This document shows, piece by piece, positions 49,591 through 61,970 of a stretch of 64,000 bases of DNA. The DNA is from Schmidtea polychroa (lineage: Eukaryota), in contig CM097888.1 of assembly GCA_044892525.1 (NCBI GenBank), positions 75,702,001 through 75,766,000 on the forward strand, in the 5' to 3' direction. The notes below the pieces were generated by a model. That model was not told the origin of the DNA. It was given only the letters and a program-made list of their open reading frames with translations, and made no database searches. Position numbers and translations under genes: made by a program. How positions within the stretch are numbered: position 1 is the first letter of the stretch; each line of letters starts with the position of its first letter.

Positions 49591-52500
49591 ATTTGTATAT
49601 TTAATTTGATGAATTTGATATTAAACATGATCCAAAATTGAAAATTAACAGTTTAATTTTATTAATTTTCATAAATACCATTGGCTAAAATTCTTTTAAT
49701 TAAATTTAATAAAATTTTAAATTATTCAAAGCTATCACAAAAATAAAATTATCATTAATTAAAAAAAAATTATTTATTTGTAGAATAAATTTAATTATTT
49801 TATTTTATTATTTCAAATAAAATCGAAAAAACGTAAAATTTTTATTAATAAATTTAAAATTAAATAATTCTTATTAAATTTATAACTTAAATATTGTTAA
49901 TGAAACACTTAAAAATTTTATTTCTATATAATTATATTTTAATGTTAATATTAAAACATAAATACAATTAAATTAGCTAGTTTGTTCGGAATGTAACGAA
50001 ATAAGATAATTCATTTGTAGAATGAATTTAATTATTTTATTATATCAATAAAATAATTAAATATTTTTATTATTATTAATAAATTTTAAATGAAATAATT
50101 TTTATTAAATTTATAATTTAAATATTATTAATAAAACATTTAAAAATAAAAAAATTATTGTAAATAGTGTACTTCTCAATGGAAAGAATAATATCTCACA
50201 CAGTGTCAGGTGCTTATTTGCCATTTTGATCTAAATTTTTTTTTTGATCTCGTTTTTTTCAATTTTTCAATTTTTTTACAACAATTGTTATCGTTTGATA
50301 ATTTTTATATATAATGATAATGATATCGCCTTACATTTTAACGAATTCATTTTAAGTGATATAAATTTTAATATATCTTTATTTTTATATTATAAGATAA
50401 ATAAAATTTTAAATTATTTAAAGCTATTATAAAAAGAAATTTATCATTCATTTTAAATAAAATAACTCATTTGTAGAATGCATTTAATTTTTTTATTATA
50501 TTAATTAAAATCGTAAAAAGTAAATATTTTTATTTGTAATAAATTTAAAATTAAATAACTTTTATTAAATTTATAATTTCTATATAATTGTAATATTTTA
50601 ATATTAATGATTAAAACGATTCAAGATTTATCATAAAATGATATTTGCCATTCATTTAAATATTTAAAAATTAAATTTACAATACTTTTTATGTTGTATG
50701 GAGTTTCAACAAAATTAAATTATTTTATAAGATTAATTATTTAAATATTATTTCCATATCAGTATTTGTTTATTGAATGTCACAAAATTTGATTAAACAT
50801 CTTTTAGAAATCAATGTCCTTTGTGATTAATGAAACTGAAATGAAAATAAATAAATTTTTACTTATAAAACAATTTTAAATGAAATAATATTATAAAATT
50901 AAAATTAGCTGAATTAATTTCGTTTCAATAGAGTAAGAACATTTAAATTAATCTTTTGAAATTTAAAGAAAAGTAATGGTTTAAAATATGACAAATTGAA
51001 TATTTTTTAATTAAGAATTAAAAATAAACGCACACTCATTCAATTAAATTATTTCAGAAACAAAGAAATAGTAGAATTTTTTAATTTATTATTTATTTTT
51101 TAATGAATTTATAAGTTCGAAACTTCCTTTTAAATTATAATTCTTTGTTAAATTTTTCAATTTATTACACTAGTTTTATGTTTAAATATTTCTACATAAT
51201 TATATAAAATTTTTTTTAAATTTATTTCCTAAAATTATTTTAATTTCTTAATTTCCTATAATTTTTAAAATTTAAAATATTAAATTTAAATGATGCGAGC
51301 AGTTTAGAATTAGTTGTGGCATTGGTGATAAATTGCAATGCCGTGAATGAATACTGCTAACAATTTTTGCCAAGGATATCGTGTTGTCTGTGAACCTTAT
51401 TCATGGGTCAGAAATACGTAGTAACAATTGAAAGCTTAATCAACTTAGAATCTTGCATCCGAGTACTTAAGTAGACATATTATTACTAATGTTTGTTTGG
51501 ATTTTTGTTTTTTTTGATTTAAATTTATCTTTTATTTTCCTTTTCGCTAATTCTATCTTTTGACTTTAATTTTTCCTTGTTAATCCTACTGTATATTTCT
51601 TCATCCATACCTGAGACAAAATGCTGGTTGTTTCTGAATTTAAGCTCCCTTATATAGTTAAAATAATCGCATTGGTTAATGGTAGTAAAATCAATTTGCA
51701 TCTAACAATTTCTATGTCAAATTTCTGTGTTAATTAATTATTTTTATGTTTTACTTTATCATTTTTTGTTTATATTAGTTGAAGTTTGTAAAAATTTAAT
51801 TTTTTAATTTGTAAGTTAAAAACTTTGGTGAAATGGATGTAAAATGTGTGAAAATGAAGATATGTTAAATTTATCTAAAGTAAAATTGGATTTAAAACAA
51901 ATAGAATGCACGGAGGAAATTTCTAGACGTGTTGTTTAAAAATTTTAATTTCCAAAATACAAGTTTAGATGATGAGTCTTCTGCCTCTTTATTTGAGATA
52001 ATTGAATTTTATCAAATATTTTGTTTAATTTAAAAATGCAGTACTTGTTCAAAAATATTAAACAGCTCATTACACTTGGCTTATCAAGTTCAAGTTGGTT
52101 ATTTTTGTTTCGAGTCATTCGGAAAATTATAAAGTCGCGCAGAGAAAACAAAAATGATGCCCAAAAATAAAATACAAAATCAATGACACGCAATAAACTA
52201 TGAATAATTGCTAAAGGCTCCGTAAAATGTTTAACTGGCATGGATGTAAAGGAGCAATTGTATATTAACCCGCTTCAATTAATAATGAAAATTTAGTAAA
52301 AGGGCAAAGTGTGAAAATGTACATGAAGAAGGAAATGTATGAATCAAAGATATTATAATCACAAATAAATTAATTAATTAACTAATGATACTCAATTATT
52401 AAAATCTAATAATAATTAATAATAATAAACAATAATAAATATTAATTTTAAATATAACATTTATTGATACATTTTAGAGACAAATGAAAACCATTAGACA

Positions 52501-52721
52501 ACAAATAGAAAAATGTTGTAACATTGTTTTATATTCGTTTTTAATATGATTTTCACGACTTATGGAATAGTATAATGTACAATATAATTTATTATTTTTT
52601 CTTTATTATATTTTATTATTGTATTTTATGTATATTTGATGAAAATATATTTTGTGAAATAATAAATAAATAATAAACAAATAAATTTCAAACATTTTAT
52701 GAAATATTAGAAATAGCATCT

Positions 52722-52895
52722 AGAATAATTAAGAGTGGTCTTCTTCTTTAATCGTACTTCTTAAATGTAATCGACAAAAATTTCATGGACAATCTCTTTA
52801 GATTCATTTCGTAATGCAGTCATTCGAACTTCAACACAAACATTCATATTTCTTGCTCTTGCCTCTTCATTTGGAGCTGCAAATTCTGTTTTTAT
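52722..52895 (-). pseudogene. PSMC3: Rpt5 C-terminal fragment with internal deletions (copy D)
   Basis: Collinear with 53372-53640: AAGAGTGG-CTTCTTCTTT..TTCATGGACAATCTCTTT..TTCAACACAAAC|ATTCATATTTCTTGC|TCTTGCCTCTTCATTTGGAGCTG. Confidence 0.85.
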
Positions 52896-53361
52896 CTATT
52901 TTTACGAATTCGGCCATTGGCAGAATCTCTAATGCAACAGAAACATTGCATAAATTTAATTTAAATTATTTTTATATAAATAAATTAAAAAATTTTTCTC
53001 GTTCAAAATTTTAGGAAAAACAATATTCTACGCATGAAATATCTTTTTAGCATCTTCAGTTAGTTTGTTTTCCAAACCCTCGCATCAAATTTTGAATTTC
53101 CATTCGGTATCTGTGGACTGTAAATACAGTTATAATTATGATCAGTGATTGAATAAACACCCACTCCCAACATAAAAAAATTGTAAGACAATTTTTAAAC
53201 TCTCCCCGATGGATCGTTATGTAAATTGTAAACAGCCCCTCGTATCGGAATTGACAGTCTACATGTTAATAATTACTATTGTATAAAATTCAATTAAAAT
53301 TTTAAAAATAAAGAATAGCAGAATAAATTTCAAAGATTTTATTATAAATTATTTAAAAGCA

Positions 53362-54621
53362 TTATCCAAAATAATTGAGAGTGGGCTTCTTCTTTGATTG
53401 TACTTCTAAAATGGCATCAATAAAGTCTTCATGGACAATCTCTTTCGATCCATTTCGTAATGCAATCATTCCAGCTTCAACACAAACAGCTTTGCATTGG
53501 GCTCCATTGAAATCTTCAGTAGATCTTGACAATTCTTCAAAATTTACTAATTTCGATACATTCATATTTCTTGCATGGATTTGCATAATTCTTGCTCTTG
53601 CCTCTTCATTTGGAGCTGGAAATTCGATTTTTCTATCTATTCTTCCACTTCTTAACAAGGCAGGATCAAGCGTATCTATTCGGTTTGTTGCAGCAATTAT
53701 TTTGATATCATCATTTGGTTGGAAACCATCGAGTTGATTTAGTAATTCAAGCATGGTTCTTTGAACTTCTCGATCACCAGATTTTTCATTGTCAAACCGT
53801 TTTGTTCCAATAGCATCGAGTTCATCAATAAAAATGATAGTTGGAGCCTTTTGCTTGGCTAATTCAAAGGCGTCTCTCACTAATTTAGCGCCATCACCAA
53901 TATACATTTGAACTAATTGTGGACCTGCTAATTTGATAAATGTGGCTTTCGTTTGTGCAGCGCAAGCTCTAGCTAGTAGAGTTTTACCAGTTCCAGGTGG
54001 TCCATACATGAGAACTCCTTTCGGAGGTTGAATGCCAATTGCTCTAAATTGTTCTTTGTGAATAACTGGTAATACAACGGCTTCTATTAATTCTTGAATT
54101 TGCGAATCTAATCCTCCGATGTCGCTATATTTTTCTGTTGGTTTTTCATCAATTTCCATTGCTTTCACACGAGGATCGATTTCTGATGGCAATTTCTCTA
54201 TAAGAATAAAAGAATCTTTATTGACAGCAACCAAATCTCCAGGATTCAATTCGTCAGAATCAATCAAGCCTGTATTTGGAAGAAAAACAGTTTTCCTATT
54301 AGTCGTTTTGATGACAACAGATTTTCCAGTAGTTTTATTGTCCAGATTAATATTAGCTCCATCTTCATATTCTTCCTCGTCCGGTTCAATATTGAGAATT
54401 TCCACAATGGTTGAAACAAGAAATGGAGGAACTTTTTGTTTTTCTATCATTTTTTTAATAGAATCTATATTTTCAAGTTTTTCTTTCATATTGAATTTGT
54501 TTTGTCTGATTTCAGAATTCATTACACTAATTTCGTTGTCGAGTAAATGCAATCTGAATTCCAGGTCTCTTGGAGACAAGTTGAGGATCTCTTCATCTAT
54601 TTCCATATGTTCGTTATTCAT
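53362..54621 (-). CDS. PSMC3: Rpt5, intronless, copy C
   Basis: 419-aa ORF; protein identical to copy A in the ORF track. Confidence 0.95.
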   Translation of the reverse strand: MNNEHMEIDEEILNLSPRDLEFRLHLLDNEISVMNSEIRQNKFNMKEKLENIDSIKKMIEKQKVPPFLVSTIVEILNIEPDEEEYEDGANINLDNKTTGKSVVIKTTNRKTVFLPNTGLIDSDELNPGDLVAVNKDSFILIEKLPSEIDPRVKAMEIDEKPTEKYSDIGGLDSQIQELIEAVVLPVIHKEQFRAIGIQPPKGVLMYGPPGTGKTLLARACAAQTKATFIKLAGPQLVQMYIGDGAKLVRDAFELAKQKAPTIIFIDELDAIGTKRFDNEKSGDREVQRTMLELLNQLDGFQPNDDIKIIAATNRIDTLDPALLRSGRIDRKIEFPAPNEEARARIMQIHARNMNVSKLVNFEELSRSTEDFNGAQCKAVCVEAGMIALRNGSKEIVHEDFIDAILEVQSKKKPTLNYFG

Positions 54622-56330
54622 ATTTGTATATTTAATTTGATGAATTTGATATTAAACATGATCCAAAATTGAAAATTAACAGTTTAATTTTATTAATTTT
54701 CATAAATACGATTGGCTAAAATTCTTCTAATTTAAATTAACTAAATAAGTTTTTTGATTATTAAAATCTTATTATTTCAAAAAATTTAAATAATTAAATT
54801 TTAATTAAAAAAAATAATTTTCATTTTAATGAAAAAAACAATTAAATATTTTAATTTAAATATTTGTGAAAAATTCTTAAATTTTATTTTATTTTAGTTA
54901 ATATTTTCTAATGTGTAAATAGAAAATAATTTAGCTTTTATATTTGTAAATATTCTTTATAATTAAATTTATTTATTTGTGTAATAAAAATTGTAATCAA
55001 AAATCTTACAATCTTGGACATTGACCTAGTTAGCTCATTATTTTGTCTTAATTTTAAGAAGCAGTCTGTAGAGAATTTTCTGCCTTTTTCAAATTGTTAT
55101 AAAAAGTTTTACTTTTTATTTTCCTTGAACTTTTTTTTATCTAAAAATTTCCTACTTCTGTATAAAATAACCATGTTTCGTTATTGTTTGTTCTACTAAA
55201 GGTCTAAATTATTATTTCAACCAGTTTCTCACTTTTCAGTAATAAAATAATGAATAATTATGAAACAATTGAGAATAAATAAAGATCTTTTTATATATTT
55301 TTTATTTTATATCAATAATTTTGTTTTATGTTTGATAGTCTCTATCTATTTATATTATATAAATATTATATAAATTTGATAAATAGAATTTATTTTAATT
55401 TAATTATTTGATATAAAACTCAATTTACAGATAACATCGGATATTTTATTTACATTCTTTATATTAAAAATAAATTGTTCTCAAAAATTTTTATGTATTT
55501 TAAAATCCCAAATAAATTAAAACTAAATTTTTAAATTTGAAAATTTTTTTAAATTCTATTTATAGCATCCACAATTGTCCAACTTTGTGAGTATTATTTA
55601 GAGTCAATTTTGTCCGTAATTTATTTCCTCCTCCTGTCCAGTAAAAATTGTTTTGTAACTTTTTTGCTTTGTTTGGGAGGATTTTTGAAATGTGTTTAAA
55701 ATTTTTTTAAATTACTGTTTGTAATTATGTGAAATAGCTAGAATTTGGTCTAGTTACCCAAAGCAGAAAAATGTATTATCTTCTGATCTAAAAAATACAT
55801 AAATCCAAAACCATGAAAATTGTAGTTTTATACGATTCAATGGAACACTGAATTTAATTGATAATTTTGAAGAAATTTCCACAATATTTCTCTTTTACAT
55901 GTAGTTTTTACATGATAGATTATTCCGATAAACGAATATTAAAAATGCACAAATAAAGAGAAATTATTATTTCAATAATTTATTAATTTATTGTTTACTT
56001 TAATAAATAAAATTTATGAAATAAAATTTATAATAATTTTTAATAAAATATATAAAATAAGAACAGACTAATAAATTTTAATTTGTATGTAAACTATTTG
56101 GATAAAAATATAATTTTTTTTAAAAATTGACAAAAAATATTTAATAAATTTTTAAATTTTAATTATTAATTAATAGTTTTAATTGATAATAAAATAAAAT
56201 TTATAAAATGTGAACAGATTTATTAAATTTATATAATAATTCAATAACGATAAATTTTTGAAGTCCATAGATGTTCACAATTTCCACTAGTTAAAACTCT
56301 TTGGAGGGTGGGCATTACGCACTTCATTAA

Positions 56331-56562
56331 CACTAGATTTACGGGTAAAATAGCCGCAAAAATAGGTATACCTAATTCGATAAACGAAATGAGGGAGCGG
56401 GTAGAAACGAGTAATTAATATTTACCTATATTTCATGACATATCTAAAAACCAACATATGTATTCAAAAAATAATAAATCAGTATTATATATATGTAGCA
56501 ATAGAATTTAATAGATATGAAATTTGAAACCCGTCAAATTGACGGGTTTCGTAAATCTAGTG
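56331..56562. mobile_element. 232-bp piggyBac-type MITE
   Basis: TTAA|CACTAGATTTACG ... CGTAAATCTAGTG|TTAA; internal hairpin AAACCCGTCAAATTGACGGGTTT. Confidence 0.85.
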
Positions 56563-56867
56563 TTAAGTCACAGATGTTTATGTGCAATTGTATTTTAAAT
56601 TCATATACAGAAGCTATTCAACGTGTGTGGAATAAAACTTTTACCTCAACTCTCTATAATCGACTTTATTCGTCCATCATCTCACGCATATTTTATTTTT
56701 AGGCTACCATGAATCGACATCCAAGAGCATCGACATCCAAGCATCATGCGCTCAAATCTACCCCCAATGAAGCTATTTCGGAAGAAGAGGACAACATCAT
56801 ACCTAATGATGTATTGGATGATGATGTGCCATTTAGTAATGAATAATAAATTTATAATTCATTTTAA

Positions 56868-57052
56868 CCGTTTGCGGACGGTAGGCCAGCACCGCTTGCC
56901 ACGAATTTTGTTCCAGGCGTTCAACAATGTATAATGGCCAGCTGTGTTGGCCAAACTTTAAACAAATCATTCCACGATATCGGGCATTCGTATACTAAAA
57001 ATGTTTATGCTAAAAAATACTACTTATTAAAATTAATTCCGTCCGCAAACGG
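56868..57052. mobile_element. 185-bp piggyBac-type MITE, same family as 17024-17095
   Basis: TTAA|CCGTTTGCGGACGGTAGGCCAGCA ... AATTCCGTCCGCAAACGG|TTAA. Confidence 0.88.
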
Positions 57053-58574
57053 TTAAATAACATAATTCATTTGNNNNNNNNNNNNNNNNNNNNNNNNNNN
57101 NNNNNNNNNNNNNNNNNNNNNNNNNNNNNNNNNNNNNNNNNNNNNNNNNNNNNNNNNNNNNNNNNNNNNNNNNNNNNNNNNNNNNNNNNNNNNNNNNNNN
57201 NNNNNNNNCGTCTGTCTTTTTAATTATTTTTATTTTAAATATATTTGTGAGAATCTTTTTTTTTGTGAGAACATTTTTTTATAGTGATAGCAGCAATAAC
57301 AAAACATTAGTTTGATGTGCGTATTTTTTGTATAATAGTATATACCTATGTCACTGCTAGTATACCTTTTTGGTACCCTTCCTTACTACTTTTTTAAATA
57401 ACAGTGACTAATAAATATATATAATAAATATAAATATATAACTCTTTATATATATGACTAAATAAAGCGGGAAGGGCTATATAAATTATTGGGTTCAGAA
57501 ATAATTTAGCCTTGGTAATATTTTAATTAAGTATTTTTTAAATTAATTTTCATTTTATTAATTAATTATTTATTTTTAATATAAATTCATTTTTTGTATA
57601 TAATGATATTAACTATTATTTATTAAAAATTTATTACACAAACATAATACTGTCATCATTGAGTAAAAACGATATAGATTTTAAATTGGTTATTAGGACA
57701 ATTTAAAAAAGTAAGTTTAAATAAATTTTAAATTTTTTAATTTAAATTTTATATAACTAAGATCCGAACACGATTTAAGGAGGATTAGAAATCCATTAAT
57801 AACCACAAAGTAATAGTGAAACTCAGAGACAATCTTAAAATATAGAACATACAACCGTTTTTTGAACATCTTTGTATAAACCATATTTCACTTTAAATAT
57901 CACAATACAAACACAAACAAACAATTTTTTTTACTAATATTAATCAATTAATTCAGTCTCCAGTGATCAAGAACTTGAAAACGAAGATGACGGTAATGCT
58001 TCACTTGATGCTTCACTATTCAACTGACTTAGGTCTCTGTGGTTATTAACTTTTTCAAAATAAAATGTTTCGCTAAAATTACGAAGATGTTTTAATATAA
58101 CTGATATACAACCTAATGTGAGACAACTACTAAACAACATTCATGCTTCCAGAAAAGGGAAATCTGCTGAAGTTAGTTTATTATTGAACAAAGTGGTGGG
58201 TTACAGGTAAACATATATTTTACCTATTCGTCCTGTTTCCAGCGTAACCCAGAATACAAACGATTGCTTTCTCCGTTTGATACCCGTTGAGCTATCAACG
58301 TTGGTACTGTCTCATGAGGGTGAGTGCTCGCAAGAAGTGAGCGCACTACGTGCACTATAATTGTCGGGCACTCTTCGGGTTCACGGACTATCGATAGAAG
58401 ATATGCGTCCGATTTGCTCTGGTCCCTTAACTTGATTGTGTTTTCAAATAACTCTTTCGTTATTTCATCAACCAGACATCAAACATACCGGAATTTACAC
58501 AATTTATCAAATTCTTTATTTCATACATGTGTTGAGGTTTTAAAAGTAAATTATTAAATAATATAGTTCAGATT

Positions 58575-59170
58575 AAAAGGAAAACCGAAATTGAATGGCG
58601 GTCAAGCAGAGAAGCAATGACAAAGAAAGATATGATAAAAACAGAACTATAAAAGGGTACAATCAGACATGAAATGGGAAAATTCGCAAACCTGAGGAAG
58701 TGGAATAAAGTGAAAACTTATCGAAATTGCAGCTGGAAAACGGGAGAGGGGTAGATTAGGGGATGGTGAAGAAGACAGTGAGCAAGAAATTGTTAGAAAA
58801 TGTTTAGAAAGAGTCGTAAAACAGACAAATGTGAAAAAACGAAAAATATTAATTAATTAATTAATTGGCTAATGGGAAACCCGAGCAATGAAGAAAACCC
58901 GAGCACGGCAATTTGGAAGGGTAAACAATCGAGGAATTCAGAGGGCAATTATCCAAACAACCGGATAAACGAGGGTAAACAAAGGAAGGGGAATTACGAA
59001 GAGGGTCAACAGAAATAGCTAATTAGGGAAAGGGGCAATTACAATGATTATGGGAGTATATAAGGAAACTCAAAATTCACATAATCGGCGGTAGCCTTAG
59101 GTAGGGAAGAAGAAACCGACAGTAGGAATTGAGGAATAGAATAAAAGAAGAAAAAGAATTATAAGAAAAA
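58575..59170 (+). repeat. Dispersed copy of the ~1.4-kb repeat family
   Basis: AAAAGGAAAACCGAAATTGAA..GGCGGTCAAG..AAAGGGTACAA matches the reverse complement of 45000-45205; ATTAATTAATTAATTGGCTAATGGGAAACCCGAGC matches the reverse complement of ~46150-46185. Confidence 0.75.
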
Positions 59171-59192
59171 CTGAAGAGTTAAACAAGGAGTG

Positions 59193-59549
59193 TTAAAAGA
59201 GATTGGATTTGGGTTTACTAGTCTGAGCCGGTGGATAGATTTCAGCCAACTCGGTTGGCAGAGGTCGGATCCGTTCAGTCAGCGCCATGTCGATGACCCG
59301 CTGGTTGAGTTGGGTTTCTAGAGCGCGCACTTGGATCTTTAGGGCGCGAATTTTCGTCTGGTCCTGGGCTGCTTGGGATTGAAGTTGTTGAATGAGCGCC
59401 AATCGTTTCTTTATTTCGGCAGGGCTGAACCAGGTGCTTTCAAGCTCCCAGCACCGCTCTTTGAATTTCGAAATCCTGGCCTGGAGTCTTTCCACTTGCT
59501 GTTGGGCTTGCTCCCGATCGTTCCGCAAATTTTCTAGGAGTCGGAACAC
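59193..59549 (-). CDS. Hypothetical coiled-coil protein exon or ORF, function unknown
   Basis: 118-codon stop-free frame, GC-richer than its surroundings, heptad-like Q/E/L/R composition. It begins right after a TTTTTAG acceptor-like site and has no true ATG, so it is probably an internal or last exon. Confidence 0.4.
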   Translation of the reverse strand: MFRLLENLRNDREQAQQQVERLQARISKFKERCWELESTWFSPAEIKKRLALIQQLQSQAAQDQTKIRALKIQVRALETQLNQRVIDMALTERIRPLPTELAEIYPPAQTSKPKSNLF

Positions 59550-61439
59550 TAAAAATACAATAACGACATAAAGTTCATATTTGGAAATCTGAACTCTCTC
59601 TTGTTAGAAAGAAGAGTGAATTTTATGAAAAGTATTGACTTTGACGGGTGCGCGTGTTCCCTTTGATTTTACTGTCCGTGAAATTCTCCCTGCTACTGCA
59701 TTTCGATTAAGAATCACCCTGGTATTTTAAATCCTTGGTCCTGAGGTAACGCCCACCCCAGCCAGTAACCCTTGTCTACTCCAACTCTAACCCGTGGTCG
59801 CGGATCTCGAGCATTAATGTGTCAAGCCAGATGAAACTTACCAACTATTGAAATTGTAATTAAAACAAATAAAATCATTGTATCTAGGAAATCAAGTCAT
59901 TTTATTGTCGATTACAACTCAAAAAACGAAGAAAAATTTTTTTTCACAATGTCACAATGATTTTTGTTTATTCTAACAATTAATAAAGTAAATAAAACTT
60001 TGTTTCTTATGTAAAATGGGATCGGCCCAAATTCAAAAAGCGATGGAATCCTCCGACAACGTTGATTTAAACAATAAAATTGAGGGTTTCTGCATTTTTC
60101 TTAATACTTAACATGATTTAATTTATTTTCAAATGTAATCTTGAAATTTACTTATAATTATTCGGATTATAAACAAACATTTCCAAGCTTACGATTTATT
60201 GACACATGCTTTTCTCATCAATGAAACTTATAATTCTAATCTGACTGAATTATTATTGTTGATTTTGTCAAATAACAAACATAAGGCCACGCAAACTTGA
60301 CTACGATTCCCCGACTCCATCACAAATATTCAAAGGAAACTATAAACTTTTATGGGTGTTTTTGGTTAAAGACTGGTCTGTGTTGAGGTTGTTAATTGAA
60401 ATAGAAACGCATTTGATCTCGTCCTTCATTCTAAATTGATAAATAAATAAGCCCAATTACACAAATATGTATTTCATGACATTATATTTTCAAACCAAAG
60501 TTTCGAGTAGGGCTTATAATTTCCCGCAATTTTCAAATCCCGGGATAAATTTTTTTATATTCCCGGGATACCGGAATCCCGGAATTTTTTTATGAGCACA
60601 AATTAAAAAAAAATTATCTTATAAATAGAAAAATAATGTACCATCTGTTTTCAAACAAAAAAATTTATTTTAATTTATTTTTTTTTAATTATTTTAAATA
60701 ATTTCTGTATGTTCTTGAATATACATTTTTTTAAATTACTATGTCAATGAACATTTTTAAGAGAGCATCTATTAAAGACACTTCTTAAGAAGGGGAGGGA
60801 GCCTTCACAAGTGAAATAACAGGGAGGGGTGAAAGTGCCTAGGACATCCCAAGTAGTACTTTCAGTTAGATTCTACATTTTCATTAAAATCCGCATGTAA
60901 TATTCCAGACTATCAATTACCAAATATAACTTTTTAATATTTTCTATTTGAAATTTATGTAATACCCAACACCCATGTTCTTTGAATATTACTTTCTCAA
61001 TTCACCTTAGTAGAGTTTCAGACTACAACGCATTACCTTTTTTATTTAAATTATACATCTCAATAAGGGTTTATTTCTGCAGTCCGACTGATCTCCAACT
61101 TTTTACTAAAATATCTTTTATATTTTCAGATCACCGTAGGAATACGAGTAATTTACTAATTAAGACAGATATTTATCTTTATATATAATTTTATTCTTAA
61201 AAAATGGGTGCTTCCATATTTCTAGTGTCTAGAATGCACGAAAAGAATTATATTTGCATCAATCGCACGCTTCATTTAGCCAGGAAAACGGACCTATCAG
61301 TAACGTACGTAAATTTGTGCAACCAGTGTATAATTTTCAATTTAGCGACAATAAAGTGGAATAATGGCGCGTTGAATGGTATCGTGTCGCTAGCGACGCC
61401 ACTCATGTAGACAATGACCTTTTTTGTCAATTGTAGATT

Positions 61440-61970
61440 GTAGGCGAAGCATATACTGTGTATGGAAAAAATAGCTCATAACGACTCAGATTCAGTTTCC
61501 AACGCGTTAAACTCTGTGTTCTTAGATCGAGACTCCGTAGTTGAGATTCTATTAGACGATCGGTCGAGTTTTCGCTCTCAAGAATTCAGAAATTTTGTGG
61601 ATATGTAGAACGTTAAGGTTAAATATCGTTGCGCCTATAGATCAGAAGGGAATGGCATAGCACAAAGAAACCACAGAACCATAAAGCGAATAGTTGCATG
61701 ATCAGGCTGCAACCCTCATATCATTGTTTTCTTCAATAATATTACGCCACACTCAGGTTTAGACAGTGACCCGTCCTATTAAAGGTGCACTTCGGTAGAG
61801 AATGGAGAAGCTTGAAATATCTTTTTGCCGATTCCACGCCCGAGAGTTGCGATGACCATGATTATAGTCACTTTATCGTTGGTAGCCATGTGTTTTTCTA
61901 ACCACCAAACGCGAAGTGCAACACCCAATGGACGATCGGTGCGGTCATGCAACATTGAAATCAACACTTC
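61440..61970 (+). mobile_element. Gypsy-type LTR retrotransposon integrase remnant
   Basis: VEILLDDRSSFRSQEFRNFV..VKVKYRCAYRSEGNGIAQRNHRTIKRIVA (rve core), then VGSHVF*PPNAKCNTQWTIGAV; contains stops. Confidence 0.8.

Noticed and set aside
51310-51470. Hairpin GGCATTG..CAATGCC as a snRNA, snoRNA or miRNA
   Set aside because: The stem is short, and I see no match to spliceosomal RNA or tRNA motifs.
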